Source of the DNA: a virus
Taxonomy: Duplodnaviria > Heunggongvirae > Uroviricota > Caudoviricetes
Length of the DNA stretch: 64,000 nucleotides
Reading direction: 5' to 3' (one strand)
Virus record (IMG/VR): IMGVR_UViG_3300037454_000941
Location: 74,063-138,062 of that record
The translations under genes and the position numbers were made by a program. Shown in pieces: positions 62,743 through 64,000 of this stretch. Below the pieces are notes generated by a model, which made no database searches, was not told the origin of the DNA, and worked only from the letters and a program-made list of their open reading frames with translations. Numbering within the stretch: the stretch's first letter is position 1; each line of letters begins with the position of its first letter.

Positions 62743-64000
62743 TTTCCTATAGTCCGTTTGAACAGACCATTGCAACGGCATTTTTCTAGGCAGTTCCTTA
62801 CTTGCCACCTGAACAAGTTCTTCGGCTGGAAGTACCTATATCCGCTATCTCCTGCCATTTCTAGCAGGTTCCCTCTTAACACGGTCGAGGTAAGGCGGAA
62901 TTTGATATTCTTTGCACTGTGGATGTCGGCATTCTCGGAATGATGGCATTCAACGCAGCAAAATTCTTCTTGGGTTTGGCGGTTCCGGTCGTCGATGCAA
63001 CCGCACTCACCGCACATCTTTGATGTATATTCAGGCTGCACGAGCGAAACCGACAGTCCGTAATGAGGTGCAATATGGATGAACTCATCCTTCAACGAGG
63101 ATAGTCCAGTCCTTAGATGCAACCTTCCTAGATTAAATCCTTTGGCATCGTCAGCATGTAGTCTGCTTCCTTGGAAGCCATCAAGATTCTCCATTGCTAT
63201 ATGCTTTATGCCCTTGGTTGCAAACGATTGGCATAACAGCACAATGGCTCGCTTGTTGGACTCGTTCAGCTTCAGTGTAATGGCTTCAATACGAGCCTTG
63301 TCCTTCTTGGAAATCTTGAACGCATCATGTTCTTCATCCTTGACAAACCGGGCATTGTAGTTCTTCTGCTTCTGGTCTATCTTGAGCAATTCGGTTTCGA
63401 GGTCTACAATCAAGGCATCATCGTTCGGAATGAACTCCCCGTTACTCAATGCAAACATGTTATGTTTGGAGTTCACATCTATGCCGATAGTATTTTTTTC
63501 TGTTATTTCGTCGGTGTTCTTGTATCGGTAGCCATCCCTAGCGAGAACTACGTGGATGTCGTTTCCACGAATTACCATCGTATAGGAGGTATCGGTACCG
63601 TTGCAGTATCGGTTCAACGAACGATGATACGCCTTGTTATACTTGAATGGCATGCTTAGCGTGTTCTTGCTATCGCCTCTATAGCCTTGATTATGCCAGT
63701 CCCAGGAAATCTCGATGAAGTAGTCGAACTTTCCTGTCTCGTTTCTTCTAGCATCTACGATAGGACGCTTGATTCGGCTGCGACCGCTGAATGTAAGTGA
63801 TTCAAAGGTAATCTTTCCGCGCTTCTCGTATTCAGAGAATACGGCAGCCCGTCTTGATAGGGCTAACCTCATGAGACGGGCGAACCCGAACTTGCGAATC
63901 TTGTCTAGTATCACCCGATAGAACTTCTGTTTAGACTCATTGACAGTAGGAATGGCAGATTCAAGCCAATGGACGGTTTCGTCCTTGCCGTATCGTGCAA
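62709..64000 (-). CDS. tnpB: RNA-guided nuclease TnpB (5' end beyond the window)
   Basis: RuvC IGIDVN / IAMENL / NADIHSAKNI and intact Zn ribbon CGEC...CVEC; frame stays open to base 64000. Confidence 0.9.
   Translation of the reverse strand, partial: ARYGKDETVHWLESAIPTVNESKQKFYRVILDKIRKFGFARLMRLALSRRAAVFSEYEKRGKITFESLTFSGRSRIKRPIVDARRNETGKFDYFIEISWDWHNQGYRGDSKNTLSMPFKYNKAYHRSLNRYCNGTDTSYTMVIRGNDIHVVLARDGYRYKNTDEITEKNTIGIDVNSKHNMFALSNGEFIPNDDALIVDLETELLKIDQKQKNYNARFVKDEEHDAFKISKKDKARIEAITLKLNESNKRAIVLLCQSFATKGIKHIAMENLDGFQGSRLHADDAKGFNLGRLHLRTGLSSLKDEFIHIAPHYGLSVSLVQPEYTSKMCGECGCIDDRNRQTQEEFCCVECHHSENADIHSAKNIKFRLTSTVLRGNLLEMAGDSGYRYFQPKNLFRWQVRNCLEKCRCNGLFKRTIGNHERLTVSKFE

Noticed and set aside
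1-64000. Recoded stop codon (alternative genetic code)
   Set aside because: TAA, TAG and TGA all end recognisable full-length genes (MCP TAA; rtcB and polB TAG; ligA and nrdG TGA), and conserved genes are uninterrupted.

Overview
This is a 64-kb segment of a large dsDNA phage with T4-superfamily morphogenesis genes: gp17-like terminase, gp20-like portal, gp23-like major capsid protein (MCP) and a gp43-like family B DNA polymerase. It uses the standard genetic code, and class III ribonucleotide reductase (nrdD/nrdG) points to an anaerobic host. Replication and nucleotide genes include a putative DnaN-like clamp, PolB, a Dda-like helicase, NAD-dependent LigA, a PD-(D/E)xK exonuclease and a metallophosphoesterase. 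Host-takeover and accessory genes include RtcB, a sigma70-family factor, Hsp20, patatin, a RelA/SpoT-type HD hydrolase, IF3, NadE, an AroE-like protein and 3-4 glycosyltransferases. Mobile DNA comprises two TnpB elements and an AT-rich zinc-finger/nuclease/methyltransferase gene between nrdD and nrdG. Two promoter classes are visible by eye: sigma70-like TTGACA-N17-TATATT, often only 6-8 nt upstream of an ATG with no SD (leaderless), and a T4-late-like TATAAAC(T). The most unusual observations are: (1) a second, diverged, in-frame-deleted but still open copy of the 3' half of the MCP gene; (2) an IF3 with a duplicated N-terminal domain in a genome rich in leaderless starts; (3) a kissing-loop RNA leader in front of a late-promoter-driven TnpB; (4) the nuclease-methyltransferase fusion; (5) a prepilin-like peptide; and (6) an apparently inactive prohead-protease paralogue. 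All family calls come from motif recognition by eye; no database searches were run.
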